Part shown: one piece after another, positions 10,497 through 20,931 of the stretch
Numbering within the stretch: position 1 is the first letter of the stretch
How the letters are laid out: the number at the start of each line of letters is the position of its first letter
Assembly: GCA_963788195.1 (NCBI GenBank)
Contig: CAWBGA010000017.1
Coordinates: 800,001-864,000 of the forward strand
From: Nitrospirota bacterium
GTDB lineage: Bacteria > Nitrospirota > Nitrospiria > Nitrospirales > NS-4
Reading direction: 5' to 3'
Length of the DNA: 64,000 nucleotides
Program-made: the position numbers and the translations under genes
The notes under the pieces: model-generated
Database searches by the model: none
Told to the model about the DNA's origin: nothing
The model's input: only the letters and a program-made list of their open reading frames with translations

Positions 10497-10573
10497 TGGT
10501 CGGGGCGGCGGGATTTGAACCCACGACCACTCGCACCCCAAGCGAGTGCGCTACCGGTCTGCGCTACGCCCCG
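10497..10573 (-). tRNA. tRNA-Pro(GGG)
   Basis: CGGGGCGTAGCGCAG...anticodon arm CTCGC-TTGGGGT-GCGAG...GGTTCAAATCC...CCA, 77 nt. Confidence 0.97.
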
Positions 10574-10606
10574 ACGTACATGCCGCTTGCCAAGTATGGC
10601 CTTGTC

Positions 10607-11008
10607 TTATGTCTGATCGTTCAACACCTTGAGCATTTCATTGAGGTCGTGTCGAACCCGCTTCAGGACTTCCAACGCCGCGCGCGAGGGCTTGCGTTCC
10701 TGCGTTCCTTGCCGAGTATTCCAACGGCGACGGAGTCCCTCGATTGTATAACCCTGCTCGTAACGCATCCGCTTGATCTGTACAAGTGTTTCGACATCTT
10801 TTTGAGTATAGACCCGCTGCCGCCCACGGCCTTTCTGAGGTCGAAGAAAGTCAAACTCCGACTCCCAGAATCGTAATACATAGGAAGGAAGGCCGGTGAT
10901 CTTACTGACCTCCCCGATCTTATAGAATAGTTTGTCGTTCTGGGAATTCCGCGGCGCCCCGTTGTTTCCTGAAAGTCCGCCCATGGCACGCCTAACCTGA
11001 TTGTTCAT
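10607..11008 (-). CDS. MerR-family transcriptional regulator
   Basis: [25 protein letters not shown]; conserved ihfA-merR-tRNA-Pro order. Confidence 0.9.
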   Translation of the reverse strand: MNNQVRRAMGGLSGNNGAPRNSQNDKLFYKIGEVSKITGLPSYVLRFWESEFDFLRPQKGRGRQRVYTQKDVETLVQIKRMRYEQGYTIEGLRRRWNTRQGTQERKPSRAALEVLKRVRHDLNEMLKVLNDQT

Positions 11009-11103
11009 CCCGCCCCACCCTCGCCTCAGGTGACCATCATTTCACCCAGCTCTGGGCGGCGTTACAACAGGGCTTCGTTCATGTGAGTCACGGGAGGCAC
11101 GGA

Positions 11104-11376
11104 CTAATTCACAAACTTCTTAAAGATCTGGCTTGGCCTAAATGTCACAACGCGGCGTGGCGTGATTCCAATCTCCTCACCCGTGCGAGGATTCCGTCCT
11201 TTGCGCGGTCCCTTGCTCCGGATCACGAAATTTCCGAAGCCTGCGATTTTAAATGATTCTCCCTTTTGAAGGACGCCTTTAATCATATTAAGGACTAACT
11301 CGACAAGGTCGGCAGCTTCTTTTTTTGAAATGCCTACTTTTTCATAGATTTCTGTTGCCAGGTCCGCCTTCCTCAT
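11104..11376 (-). CDS. ihfA: Integration host factor subunit alpha
   Basis: KIAGFGNF...GRNPRTGEEIGITPRRVVTFRPS. Confidence 0.92.
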   Translation of the reverse strand: MRKADLATEIYEKVGISKKEAADLVELVLNMIKGVLQKGESFKIAGFGNFVIRSKGPRKGRNPRTGEEIGITPRRVVTFRPSQIFKKFVN

Positions 11377-11459
11377 CTGCGCTCCTCCCGTTCACACTTC
11401 GCCCAAAATGCGTCATTTTCCCTGAGAGTTCATTAAGATACGAAGCCCGCAGAAAGAAG

Positions 11460-13058
11460 TCAAGTAGAACTCTTATCGAAAGGCGGCGGATCTTCCGCGA
11501 GCATCTTATACTCAATGCTGTCGGCCAAGGCTTGCCAGCTCGCCTCCATAATATTCTCAGACACTCCGACCGTGCTCCACTTCTCCTTCTGGTCGCCAGA
11601 CTCAATCAGCACGCGCACCTTGGAGGCGGTCCCCTTGTTTCCCGCCAGTACCCGGACCTTGTAGTCCAGAAGCTTTACCTCTCGCAGTTCTGGAAAGAAC
11701 TTCTCGAGGGCCTTGCGCAGGGCATGATCGAGGGCGTCCACGGGTCCGGCTCCCACCGCCACTTGGTGCTCTACCACTGTTCCCACCTTTACCATGACGG
11801 TCGCCTCGGAGATCGGGTCTTCCTCGGCGTGGCGCTTTTCCACAATGACGCGGAATCCCAACAGCTGAAAAGAAGGCTCATGCGTGCCAAGAATCCGGCG
11901 CATCAGGAGTTCAAAGGACCCTTCCGCTCCTTCAAATTGATAGCCTTGATTTTCCAATTCCTTGAGGGTGTCCAACAGTTCCCGGGTTTTGGGGTTGTCT
12001 TTGCCCAATTTGATGTGAAATTCCTCGGCCTTTCCCGCGAGACTGCTCTTCCCCGCATAATCCGAGACGAGCATTCGCTGCCGGTTGCCCACAGCCTCCG
12101 GAGGGATGTGCTCGTACGTGATCGGGTTTTTACGCACCGCGTCGATGTGTATTCCCCCCTTGTGGGCAAATGCGGAATCCCCCACGTAGGGCTGATGGGT
12201 GTTCGGCACCAGATTGGCGATCTCAGCGACGTAGTGTGAAATTTCGCGCAACCTGGTGACACGCTCAGGTGCGATCGCCTCATGGTTCATTTTCAAATTC
12301 AAGTTGGGGATAATCGAGGAGAGGTTCGCATTCCCGCACCGCTCCCCAATGCCATTGATCGTCCCCTGCACCTGGATGGCCCCCTGCTCAACCGCGATCA
12401 AGGAATTCGCCACCGCCATTTCGGCGTCATTATGGGCGTGGATGCCGAGCGGAACGTTAAATTCACGGGCCACTTCGGATACGATCTTCTTGATTTCCCA
12501 TGGCATCGTTCCACCGTTCGTATCGCACAAGATCAGACGCTCGGCGCCGGCCGCCTGCGCGCGGGTCAGCGTCAGAAGCGCGTAGTCGGGGTTCGCCTTA
12601 TATCCATCAAAGAAGTGTTCGGCGTCGTAAAAGACCTGGCGTTTGTGCTGTTTTAGAAACGCCACAGAATCTTCGATTAATTCAAGGTTCTTTTTCAATG
12701 TGATCCGAAGAGCATCGGTGACGTGGAGCGTCCAACTTTTGCCGAACAGGGTGACGAACCGCGTACTGGCCTCCAAGAGAGATTTCAGAGTGGGATCGTT
12801 GCGCGCAGCATTCGATGCCCGCCGGGTAGAGCCGAACGCAACGAGCTTCGCGTGCTTGAAGGGAATCGTTTTCGCTATGCGGAAGAAATCCACATCCTTG
12901 GGATTCGCGCCCGGCCACCCTGCTTCAATGAAATGAACCCCGAGCTCATCGAGTTTCTGCGCGACGCGTATCTTGTCTTCGACGGAGAACCAGACGTCTT
13001 CAGCCTGCGCGCCGTCCCGGAGCGTCGTGTCGTAGATTTCAATTGCGCGCACAGTCAT
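11460..13058 (-). CDS. cimA: Citramalate synthase (LeuA/CimA family)
   Basis: [38 protein letters not shown]-terminal regulatory domain. Confidence 0.9.
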   Translation of the reverse strand: MTVRAIEIYDTTLRDGAQAEDVWFSVEDKIRVAQKLDELGVHFIEAGWPGANPKDVDFFRIAKTIPFKHAKLVAFGSTRRASNAARNDPTLKSLLEASTRFVTLFGKSWTLHVTDALRITLKKNLELIEDSVAFLKQHKRQVFYDAEHFFDGYKANPDYALLTLTRAQAAGAERLILCDTNGGTMPWEIKKIVSEVAREFNVPLGIHAHNDAEMAVANSLIAVEQGAIQVQGTINGIGERCGNANLSSIIPNLNLKMNHEAIAPERVTRLREISHYVAEIANLVPNTHQPYVGDSAFAHKGGIHIDAVRKNPITYEHIPPEAVGNRQRMLVSDYAGKSSLAGKAEEFHIKLGKDNPKTRELLDTLKELENQGYQFEGAEGSFELLMRRILGTHEPSFQLLGFRVIVEKRHAEEDPISEATVMVKVGTVVEHQVAVGAGPVDALDHALRKALEKFFPELREVKLLDYKVRVLAGNKGTASKVRVLIESGDQKEKWSTVGVSENIMEASWQALADSIEYKMLAEDPPPFDKSST

Positions 13059-14273
13059 CCTCCTGCGAGTCCGAAGGCCTGGTGAAGGGCGCGGATAGCC
13101 GGCTCTAGATGCTGCTCCTCTATGACGCAGGAAATTTTAATCTCGGAAGTGCTGATCATCATGATGTTGATGCTTTCCGCCGCCAAGGTCTCGAACATCC
13201 GCGCGGCCACACCTGAGTGCGTCCGCATCCCGACTCCGACGAGGGAGACCTTGGCAATCTTGTCCTTCAGCTCCACGCTCTTGGCGCCGATGTCCTTCGC
13301 AATGTGATTCGCCAGATCCAGCGCCTTGTGCAGATCGCCTCGGGGAACTGTAAACGAGAGGTCGGTCAAGTCACCCTGTCCGACGTTTTGGATGATCATA
13401 TCCACGAGGATATTCGCCGAGCCGATGGGTCCAAAGATGCGCGAGGCAATACCGGGACGATCAGGCACGCCGAGGAAAGTGATCTTCGCCTGATTGCGGT
13501 CGCCGGTGACCCCGGAGACCATCACTTGTTCCATATCACGATCCTCCTTGGTCACGATGGTCCCGCTGCCTTCCTTAAAGCTCGACCTCACGATGATGGG
13601 CACTTCGTACTTCGCAGCAAACTCCACCGATCGGCTCTGCAACACCTTCGCTCCCAGGCTCGCGAGTTCCAGCATTTCCTCATAGGATACCTTATCCAGC
13701 TTGCGAGCCTGAGGGACGATATGCGGGTCTGCGGTAAAGACCCCCTCGACATCCGTGTAAATAATGCAGTGATCGGCCTGGAGGGCCGCAGCCAAGGCAA
13801 CGGCGGTAAGATCCGAGCCCCCACGGCCCAACGTCGTGACGTCGTTTTTCTTGTTAATGCCTTGAAATCCTGCCACGACCGGCACAATGCCCTTGATCAA
13901 GCGCCTCCTTTACTCTTTCCGCGGTGATCCGCTCGATGCGTGCGCGAGTATGCGTACTGTCTGTGATGATCCCTACCTGCCGCCCCGTGTACGAACGCGC
14001 GTCCAATCCCATTGCCCGCAGGGCCATCGCCAGCAGCGCAATCGTCACCCGTTCGCCCGTCGACAACAGCATGTCCATCTCGCGCTCATCCGGAAATGGA
14101 GCGAGCTCATGGGCAAGCCTCAGTAGGCGGTCGGTCTCACCGCTCATGGCAGAAACGACCACCACGACCGCATCACCCCGCTGGCGCGACTCGGCAATCA
14201 GGGCCGCCACATGTTTGATGCGCCCGACGTTTCCGACAGACGTGCCTCCGAATTTCTGAATGACGAGAGCCAT
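13055..14273 (-). CDS. lysC: Aspartate kinase, split by a single +1 frameshift at ~13890
   Basis: KFGGTSV in ORF 13854..14273; TLGRGGSD and two ACT domains in ORF 13055..13900; deleting one G from CAAGGGCATT restores [13 protein letters not shown]. Confidence 0.9.
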
Positions 14274-15505
14274 TACTTCCCGAGCAACCGCCCGATCAAC
14301 TTCCTAGCATCGTCCAGATAGACTCCCGTACGCTTGGCATCCACCTCATTAAAGCGATGCTCTGGCCCCGTCTTTTCCTTGCACGTCGGGCCCTCGAAGA
14401 GAGCATAGGGGACCGCCTCGTCGCTATGGTGCCGTAACGCGACCGGCGTCGCGTGATTACACGCCAGCAGAATGCGATAGGACCCCAGCTTCGGCAGCTC
14501 CTTTAGCAGCGGTCCCAGTGTTTGCTCGTCGAAGAGCTCTATGGCTTTTACCTTGCCCTGCAGGTCTCCTTGATGGCTGGCCTCATCGGCAGCACCCAAA
14601 TGGATATACACAAGGTCTTTCGTCTTGAGTTCCATGAGCGCCGCCTCGACCTTACCGGCATAATTCGTGTCGGCATATCCCGTAGCCCCTTGGACCTTCA
14701 CCGCATTCAAACCGCAATAAACTCCCAAGCCACGCGGAAGGTCCAGCGCGGAGATGATCGCACCGCTCAAGCCATAGCGTTCCGTCAACTTCGGCATCTT
14801 TGGAGCCTTGCCCTGCCCCCAGAGCCAAATCGCGTTCGCCGGCGGTTTCCCGGCTTCCTGTCTCTCAAGATTAATCGGATGCTCACGGAGAATGGGAAGA
14901 GCCGCCTCCATGAGAGCGCGAAGCACGTTTTCCCCTTCGCCCTTGGGCAAAAAATCGCCGATTGGTTTTCCTATAATGTCTTGTGGCGGTGAGACGGTCC
15001 CCCGGAACTTCCCCTCTGCCCATACCATGAGGTGCCGGTAGGAAACTCCGGCATAAAACTGTACGACTTCGGTGCCGATCTGCTGGTTGAGGTCATAAAT
15101 AAGCTCTTTCGCGTCCAAAGACTCAATTTGGCCCGCGCTAAAGTCCTCCATGATGACGTGCACACCGAGTTTTTTAATGTCATAGCCCCCGGTGTCGGCA
15201 CGAAGGGTGACCAGGTTACAACGGTAGGCGACGTCGTCCGGATTGAGGGCAACGTCAAGTCCCGCAGCTTCGAAGGGAGCAGGACCCGTGCAGTATTTTT
15301 TGGCGTCGTATCCCAGAATTGCGAGTTGGGTGACGTCGCTGCCTGGATAGCATCCCTCCGGAGTCGTTCGTACCAGCCCCAATTCGCCATTCTTCGTCAG
15401 ATAATCCATGTTCGGGGTCTTTGCGGCTTGCAATGGTGTTTGTCCATTCAGCTCGGCGGTTGGATGATCCGCCATTCCATCGCCCACTAAGATTAGATAT
15501 TTCAT
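14273..15505 (-). CDS. apgM: Cofactor-independent phosphoglycerate mutase family protein (ApgM; homoserine-kinase role proposed in thr operons)
   Basis: [28 protein letters not shown]; lies between thrC and lysC. Confidence 0.85.
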   Translation of the reverse strand: MKYLILVGDGMADHPTAELNGQTPLQAAKTPNMDYLTKNGELGLVRTTPEGCYPGSDVTQLAILGYDAKKYCTGPAPFEAAGLDVALNPDDVAYRCNLVTLRADTGGYDIKKLGVHVIMEDFSAGQIESLDAKELIYDLNQQIGTEVVQFYAGVSYRHLMVWAEGKFRGTVSPPQDIIGKPIGDFLPKGEGENVLRALMEAALPILREHPINLERQEAGKPPANAIWLWGQGKAPKMPKLTERYGLSGAIISALDLPRGLGVYCGLNAVKVQGATGYADTNYAGKVEAALMELKTKDLVYIHLGAADEASHQGDLQGKVKAIELFDEQTLGPLLKELPKLGSYRILLACNHATPVALRHHSDEAVPYALFEGPTCKEKTGPEHRFNEVDAKRTGVYLDDARKLIGRLLGK

Positions 15506-15526
15506 TCCCTCGCTCGTGCCTCGCGC

Positions 15527-16582
15527 CTAATACCCCAGCACTCGAACAACGTCTTCCATGTTGGCTTTAATCGTCACCGGTTTCTGCGAGACCGCTATCG
15601 CGATGTCCACGTCCTTTAATCCATGGCCGGTCAAGGTACAGACCGCTGTGTCGCCGTCCTGGAAGAGGCCGGCCTTATTCATCTTCAGCACGCCGGCGAC
15701 CGAGGCAGCCGATGCGGGCTCGCAAAAAATCCCTTCAAGCGCCGCGACCATCCGATAGGCTTCGACGATTTCGTCGTCCGTCACGAGATCGATCTTGCCG
15801 TTCGATTCCTGGACGGCCTTGACGGCCTGGGCCCAACTCGCCGGGTTTCCGATGCGGATCGCCGTCGCAATCGTCTTCGGCTTCTCGACTACATGGCCGA
15901 GAACAATGGGCGCCGCCCCCGCGGCCTGAAATCCAAACATCCGAGGCAGCCGGCGGCAGAGCGATTGTCGGTAGTATTCCTGGTACCCCCTCCAGTACGC
16001 GACGATATTACCGGCGTTCCCGACCGGCAGGAAATGGTACACGGGCGCGTCACCAAATTGTTCGCACACCTCGAAGGCAGCGGTCTTTTGCCCTTCCAGC
16101 CGATACGGATTCACGGAGTTGACCAGGATAATGCCGTATTTTACGGAGATCTCCTTGACGATCGTCAAGGCTTGGTCGAAGTTGCCCTCTACTTGCAGGA
16201 CAGTCGCCCGGTGCATCATCGCTTGCGCCAGCTTGCCGAGTGCAATTTTGCCTTCTGGGATCAGCACGAAGACCTGGAGGCCGGCGCGGCCCCCGTAGGC
16301 CGCGGCGGACGCCGAGGTATTGCCGGTGGAGGCGCAAATCACCGCCCGCGCACCCTCTTCAACGGCCTTGGAGATCGCGAGCGTCATCCCCCGGTCTTTG
16401 AAGGAACCGGTCGGGTTGGCGCCCTCGAATTTGAGATAGAGGTCAAGCTTTGGCGCGATCGCCTGAGCAAGTCGCGGAGCCCGGACAAGTGGGGTGTTTC
16501 CCTCGCCAAGTGATATCACCGGCGTCTTCGCCGTTACGGGCAAGTAGGACCTGTACTGCTCAATGATCCCCCGCCAAGCCAT
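15527..16582 (-). CDS. thrC: Threonine synthase
   Basis: EGANPTGSFKDRG, CASTGNTSASA, PVGNAGNI, LTGHGLKD. Confidence 0.95.
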   Translation of the reverse strand: MAWRGIIEQYRSYLPVTAKTPVISLGEGNTPLVRAPRLAQAIAPKLDLYLKFEGANPTGSFKDRGMTLAISKAVEEGARAVICASTGNTSASAAAYGGRAGLQVFVLIPEGKIALGKLAQAMMHRATVLQVEGNFDQALTIVKEISVKYGIILVNSVNPYRLEGQKTAAFEVCEQFGDAPVYHFLPVGNAGNIVAYWRGYQEYYRQSLCRRLPRMFGFQAAGAAPIVLGHVVEKPKTIATAIRIGNPASWAQAVKAVQESNGKIDLVTDDEIVEAYRMVAALEGIFCEPASAASVAGVLKMNKAGLFQDGDTAVCTLTGHGLKDVDIAIAVSQKPVTIKANMEDVVRVLGY

Positions 16583-16583
16583 C

Positions 16584-17972
16584 CTACCGATCCTCTCCTT
16601 CTATACGGATGACTGTCGTGGGGGAGGACACCGCGGGCAGGGCGTCAATCTCGCGGAGCGCGGCGCGAATGTTTCGTTCCACAGCCATGTGGGTGGTCAT
16701 CACCACCGGCACCGTCTGCCCGTCCTTTCGCCCGCGTTGCAAGACCGACGAGATGCTGATGTCATGTTGGCCGAGTACGCCCGACAGTTGCGACAAGACC
16801 CCGGGACGGTCGAGGACCATGAACCGGAGATAATAGAGGCCGGTGATATTCTCTATGGCTCGGATAGGCAGCGGCCGGCGCTGATCGGCTTGAAAGCCTG
16901 TGGGAGGCACACGACCAGTAATTCCCATGCGAATGTTCCTGGCAATATCGATGACGTCGCTGACCACGGAGCTCGCCGTCGGCATGGATCCCGCCCCTCG
17001 GCCATATAGCATGATGTCCCCGACCGCATCACCTTTCACCTGGACGGCGTTGTACACTCCTCCAACCCGCGCCAGAGGTGAATCGTTCGAAATCATGGTG
17101 GGATGGACGCGGGCTTCCAGCTCACCGGGGGCCTGTGCGTCCGTTCCCTTGACATGAACCTCATGGCCGAGGCCCTGTTCATGCAGCTTCGCGATCGCGA
17201 GAAGTTTGATGGTGTAACCGAATTCCGTGGCATACTGGATATCCATCGGTGTAATACCTCTGATGCCTTCGACATACACCTCCTTAAAATTCACGGGGGA
17301 GCCAAAGGCCAGGTTCACCAGTATCGCGAGCTTATGGGCGGCATCGATACCTGCCACGTCAAAGGTGGGATCGGATTCGGCATAGCCGGCCTTCTGGGCT
17401 TCCGCCAGGACCGTGTCAAAGGGCTGCCCGGCGTCGGTCATGCGGCTGAGAATGTAGTTTGACGTCCCATTGACGATCCCGTAAAGACTCAGCAGTCGAT
17501 TTGCCGCCAACCCCTCGGTCAGCGTCCGAAGGATTGGAATGCCGCCGCATACGCTCGCCTCAAAGCCGATATCCACCTTCGCCCGCGAGGCCGCCTGAAA
17601 CAGTTCTTCCCCATGAACCGCAAGCAGCGCCTTGTTCGCAGTCACGACATGCTTTCCCTTGGCCATCGCGTCCAGCAACAAGCGCTTGGCGGGATCGTAC
17701 CCGCCGATGAGCTCGACTACGACGTCGATTTCGGGATCATCAATAATCTGTCGCGCGTCGGTCGTCAGGATGTCGCCCGGGATGATGACTCCCCGATCGG
17801 CAGTAATGTTGAGATCGGCGACCTTTTTTAACACCAGGGGAAGGCCCAGCCGGCGACGGATAGGACCAGCATTGGCCGTGAGGATCTTGGCCACGCCCGT
17901 GCCGATGGTGCCGAATCCGATCAACCCGATTGCGATGTGATTCTTCACGGCTGGCCGAGTCGCACGCGTCAA
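16584..17972 (-). CDS. hom: Homoserine dehydrogenase with ACT domain
   Basis: [36 protein letters not shown]-terminal ACT. Confidence 0.95.
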   Translation of the reverse strand: MTRATRPAVKNHIAIGLIGFGTIGTGVAKILTANAGPIRRRLGLPLVLKKVADLNITADRGVIIPGDILTTDARQIIDDPEIDVVVELIGGYDPAKRLLLDAMAKGKHVVTANKALLAVHGEELFQAASRAKVDIGFEASVCGGIPILRTLTEGLAANRLLSLYGIVNGTSNYILSRMTDAGQPFDTVLAEAQKAGYAESDPTFDVAGIDAAHKLAILVNLAFGSPVNFKEVYVEGIRGITPMDIQYATEFGYTIKLLAIAKLHEQGLGHEVHVKGTDAQAPGELEARVHPTMISNDSPLARVGGVYNAVQVKGDAVGDIMLYGRGAGSMPTASSVVSDVIDIARNIRMGITGRVPPTGFQADQRRPLPIRAIENITGLYYLRFMVLDRPGVLSQLSGVLGQHDISISSVLQRGRKDGQTVPVVMTTHMAVERNIRAALREIDALPAVSSPTTVIRIEGEDR

Positions 17973-19165
17973 TCCTGGCCTTCAGCCAATTTCAGCATCT
18001 TCTTGAACCCGCGAATCGCCTGCCGGGTACGATGCTCATTCTCGACCAAGCCGAATCTCACATGCTCATCACCGCCCTCGCCAAACCCAATGCCCGGCGA
18101 GACGGCCACCTTGGCGTCGCGTAGCAACAGCTTCGCAAACTCCAGTGAGCCCGCCTGCCGATACGCGTCGGGAATACGCGCCCACACAAACATGGTCGCC
18201 AAGGGCTTCTCAACTTTCCATCCGATGCGGTTTAAACCGTCTACCAGCGTGTCCCTCCGGCTGCGATACATCGCCACGGTTTCGCGCACACAGTCCTGAG
18301 GCCCATTCAACGCGATGATCCCGGCGATCTGAATGGGCTGAAAGATGCCATAGTCGAGATAACTCTTAATCTTCTGCAGAGCGGCGATCATCTTAGTGTT
18401 GCCGACGCAAAAGCCGACACGCCAGCCGGGCATGCTATAGCTCTTGGACAGGGTGAAAAACTCCACTCCGACATCCTTGGCTCCCGGCACTTGCATAAAA
18501 CTCGGCGCCTTGTATCCGTCGAAGACAATGTCCGCATAAGCCAGATCGTGGACGACATATAGGTTGTTCTCTTTTGCAAACGCCACCACTTTTTTGAAGA
18601 ACGCCAGATCCACCACTGCGGCGGTGGGATTATGGGGAAAGCTGAGGATCAATATTTTTGGCCGCGGCAGTGTTTGCCGGAAGGCGGAGAGCATGTCCTC
18701 AAAGAAGTCGCCGTCTTGGCGCAAGGGAAATCCCCGTACCTGCCCGCCCGCGATGATCACGCTGTAGGGATGGATGGGGTAGCTCGGCGTCGGCGTCAGC
18801 ACGACATCGCCCGGAGCTACCATCGCCAATGCCAGGTGGGCCAGACCTTCCTTGGATCCCATCGTGACAATGGCTTCCGTCTCAGGATCAATGCTGACGT
18901 CGTAATTGCGCTGATACCATGCGGAGATCGCGTGACGCAGCTTTGTAATACCGCGCGATGCCGAGTAGCGGTGATTTTTAGGATTTTTTGCGGCCTCGAT
19001 CAGTTTTTCGACGACGTGCGGCGGCGACGGTGAATCCGGGTTCCCCATGCCGAAGTCGATAATGTCCTCCCCCGCTTGACGGGCCTTCAACTTAAGTGCC
19101 TGAACCTCATTAAAGACATAGGGAGGCAGCCGATTGATTCGGAAGAATCCTTCATTGTGCGTCAT
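17969..19165 (-). CDS. alaC: Class I/II aminotransferase (AlaC-like)
   Basis: [38 protein letters not shown]. Confidence 0.8.
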   Translation of the reverse strand: MTHNEGFFRINRLPPYVFNEVQALKLKARQAGEDIIDFGMGNPDSPSPPHVVEKLIEAAKNPKNHRYSASRGITKLRHAISAWYQRNYDVSIDPETEAIVTMGSKEGLAHLALAMVAPGDVVLTPTPSYPIHPYSVIIAGGQVRGFPLRQDGDFFEDMLSAFRQTLPRPKILILSFPHNPTAAVVDLAFFKKVVAFAKENNLYVVHDLAYADIVFDGYKAPSFMQVPGAKDVGVEFFTLSKSYSMPGWRVGFCVGNTKMIAALQKIKSYLDYGIFQPIQIAGIIALNGPQDCVRETVAMYRSRRDTLVDGLNRIGWKVEKPLATMFVWARIPDAYRQAGSLEFAKLLLRDAKVAVSPGIGFGEGGDEHVRFGLVENEHRTRQAIRGFKKMLKLAEGQD

Positions 19166-19467
19166 GCTGTTATGAGCTCACGAAATGAGGGGACCACTTA
19201 GAGAGGCAGATTTTAAGCCAGGAAGCGCAACTTGTCAAATATTCTAAGGCCTTTGGCTTCCTCGGGAGCATCCAGAATTATGGATATGTAGAGGGATCCG
19301 CTCCGGCGGTCAGCGCCGCTTCCAGAATCAGCACGCCCCAAAATAGACTTTACCTTGGGGCTGCGCTGGTTGCGGAAATCTATTTGCTGAAAGATGTTGC
19401 CCGGCGGAGCACATCGGTAATCAGGCGACTACGCGATCATCGAAAGAAACGTCATGCTATATAGAGG

Positions 19468-20376
19468 TTATTTATGTCGAAGTCTCCACCAGACTAAGCC
19501 GGTCAGACCGGAACCCAACAGAAGAACCGTCGCAGGTTCAGGGACGGTGCCGGGGGTGCCGGGAGTGCTGGGAGTGCCGGGAGTGACTGGACCGGTACCC
19601 GGGGTGTTTTCACCCGCCTGCAAGATGGATATGAACGCAGCGCTATCGAGAATGGCGTCATTGACATCGCCTACTTCAAAAAGGAGCGTATGGGGGCCCG
19701 CTGACAGCTGAGTCGCGGTAAACGTCTGCAATTTCAGCAGGCCGTGGGGATCGGAAAAAGCGGTATTCGTATCGGCCGTAGTGAGCTGAGCTGCGAAGGT
19801 GGCTCCGACCTGGACAGCATTGTTGCTTGCGTCGAATGAAATCTGGTTTGCCGTTCCTGTCCCGTCGAGAAACGCCAGGAAAGCGTCAGTGAAACTACTG
19901 GTAAATACGGGAAACTCCACCGACCCGAAGACGAACTCAAAACCGACCTGGCTGGGAGCACTCAGCGTAAAGTTAACCTGCAGGGCCGCTACGTCATTCG
20001 AGTCACTAAAGTTCGTTATGTGGCCGGGTCCGTAGGCATCAAACTCGGTTGTGCCACCCGCTCCCGTAGATGTACTGGGTGAACTTCCCGTGCTGTGGAA
20101 TGCCGCCGTCGTTTCGATGACTTGGCCGCTTGACAACACCACGCCATTACCGATGGTAACGGGCGAACTTGTGAAGCCTGTGTAGGTCCCGAATTGGCTT
20201 GCGGCACCATTATTAATCGTGACGCTCGTGATGGTCAGACCGCCACCACTTAACGCGTTCGCAAGGTCCGTAGGGTTGTTTGTCTGGGTGATGGTCAAAG
20301 CGGAGGCGGACAGAACGGTGGCGAAAATCGTCCCACATACCGTCGCGAAGACGGTGCCTACGAATGTCTTACTCAT
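19468..20376 (-). CDS. PEP-CTERM surface protein with choice-of-anchor L-like domain
   Basis: Signal peptide; Thr/Ser/Gly-rich; GDVNDAILDSAAFI; PGTP linker; VPEPATVLLLGSGL + TM + basic tail. Confidence 0.88.
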   Translation of the reverse strand: MSKTFVGTVFATVCGTIFATVLSASALTITQTNNPTDLANALSGGGLTITSVTINNGAASQFGTYTGFTSSPVTIGNGVVLSSGQVIETTAAFHSTGSSPSTSTGAGGTTEFDAYGPGHITNFSDSNDVAALQVNFTLSAPSQVGFEFVFGSVEFPVFTSSFTDAFLAFLDGTGTANQISFDASNNAVQVGATFAAQLTTADTNTAFSDPHGLLKLQTFTATQLSAGPHTLLFEVGDVNDAILDSAAFISILQAGENTPGTGPVTPGTPSTPGTPGTVPEPATVLLLGSGLTGLVWWRLRHK

Positions 20377-20438
20377 TTTCGTCGCTCCCTCTCGAGTAGT
20401 TAAAACAAAAGGTATTAAGTACCGACCGACCAGTTAAT

Positions 20439-20453
20439 ACAAATTCTGTGCCT
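20439..20453 (-). promoter_or_regulatory. Putative sigma54 promoter of the PEP-CTERM gene
   Basis: Minus strand AGGCACAGAATTTGT (GG-N10-GT). Confidence 0.6.
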
Positions 20454-20537
20454 AGCGCTATCGTAATTAAAATGACTCGGCTTTATAGCTACTTACGTGT
20501 GCCGCGGAATATTTAACGATAACCGCCTATAGAGAAG

Positions 20538-20664
20538 TGTCTGTTTTTCTGACACACAAACGTGGAAAGAATCCCGATATCTACGTAGATCCTTTGCATT
20601 TTCGTGAAAAACCGATCAGTTACCGTGGACCTTACATGAGTTAAAGCTGTCGCCTTTCTGGACA
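20538..20664. promoter_or_regulatory. Two TGT-N11-ACA candidate enhancer sites (20538-20554, 20648-20664)
   Basis: TGTCTGTTTTTCTGACA and TGTCGCCTTTCTGGACA upstream of the sigma54 motif. Confidence 0.5.
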
Positions 20665-20931
20665 CCACTTTCTGCTGGTGTCCCCCCCTCGAGAACCATT
20701 GCTTCAAGCGGCAACGGCTGAAAATCGGCCAGACTCGGCCTGCCTCACTGAGCGAAGCAATGCTAAATCCGTCGCTTTGCTCAGCGATGACATCGGTCGA
20801 ACCTCAAGACGAACTGGGGTCGGACTAGAGGATGACATGGGAGAATCTGGTGTCCGTCCAGGGGCGGCGCTAAAAAAGGATGTGCTATTATCGTCAGATT
20901 CGGAATTTACGGGAGCAGGCCGAAGAAAACT

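Noticed and set aside
10432..10536. N-terminal extension of CysS in the ORF track
   Set aside because: It overlaps tRNA-Pro; homology starts at MSALKIFNT.
13885..13900. Programmed ribosomal frameshift in lysC
   Set aside because: No slippery heptamer or known recoding signal; an extra G in a short G-run fits a sequencing error better.
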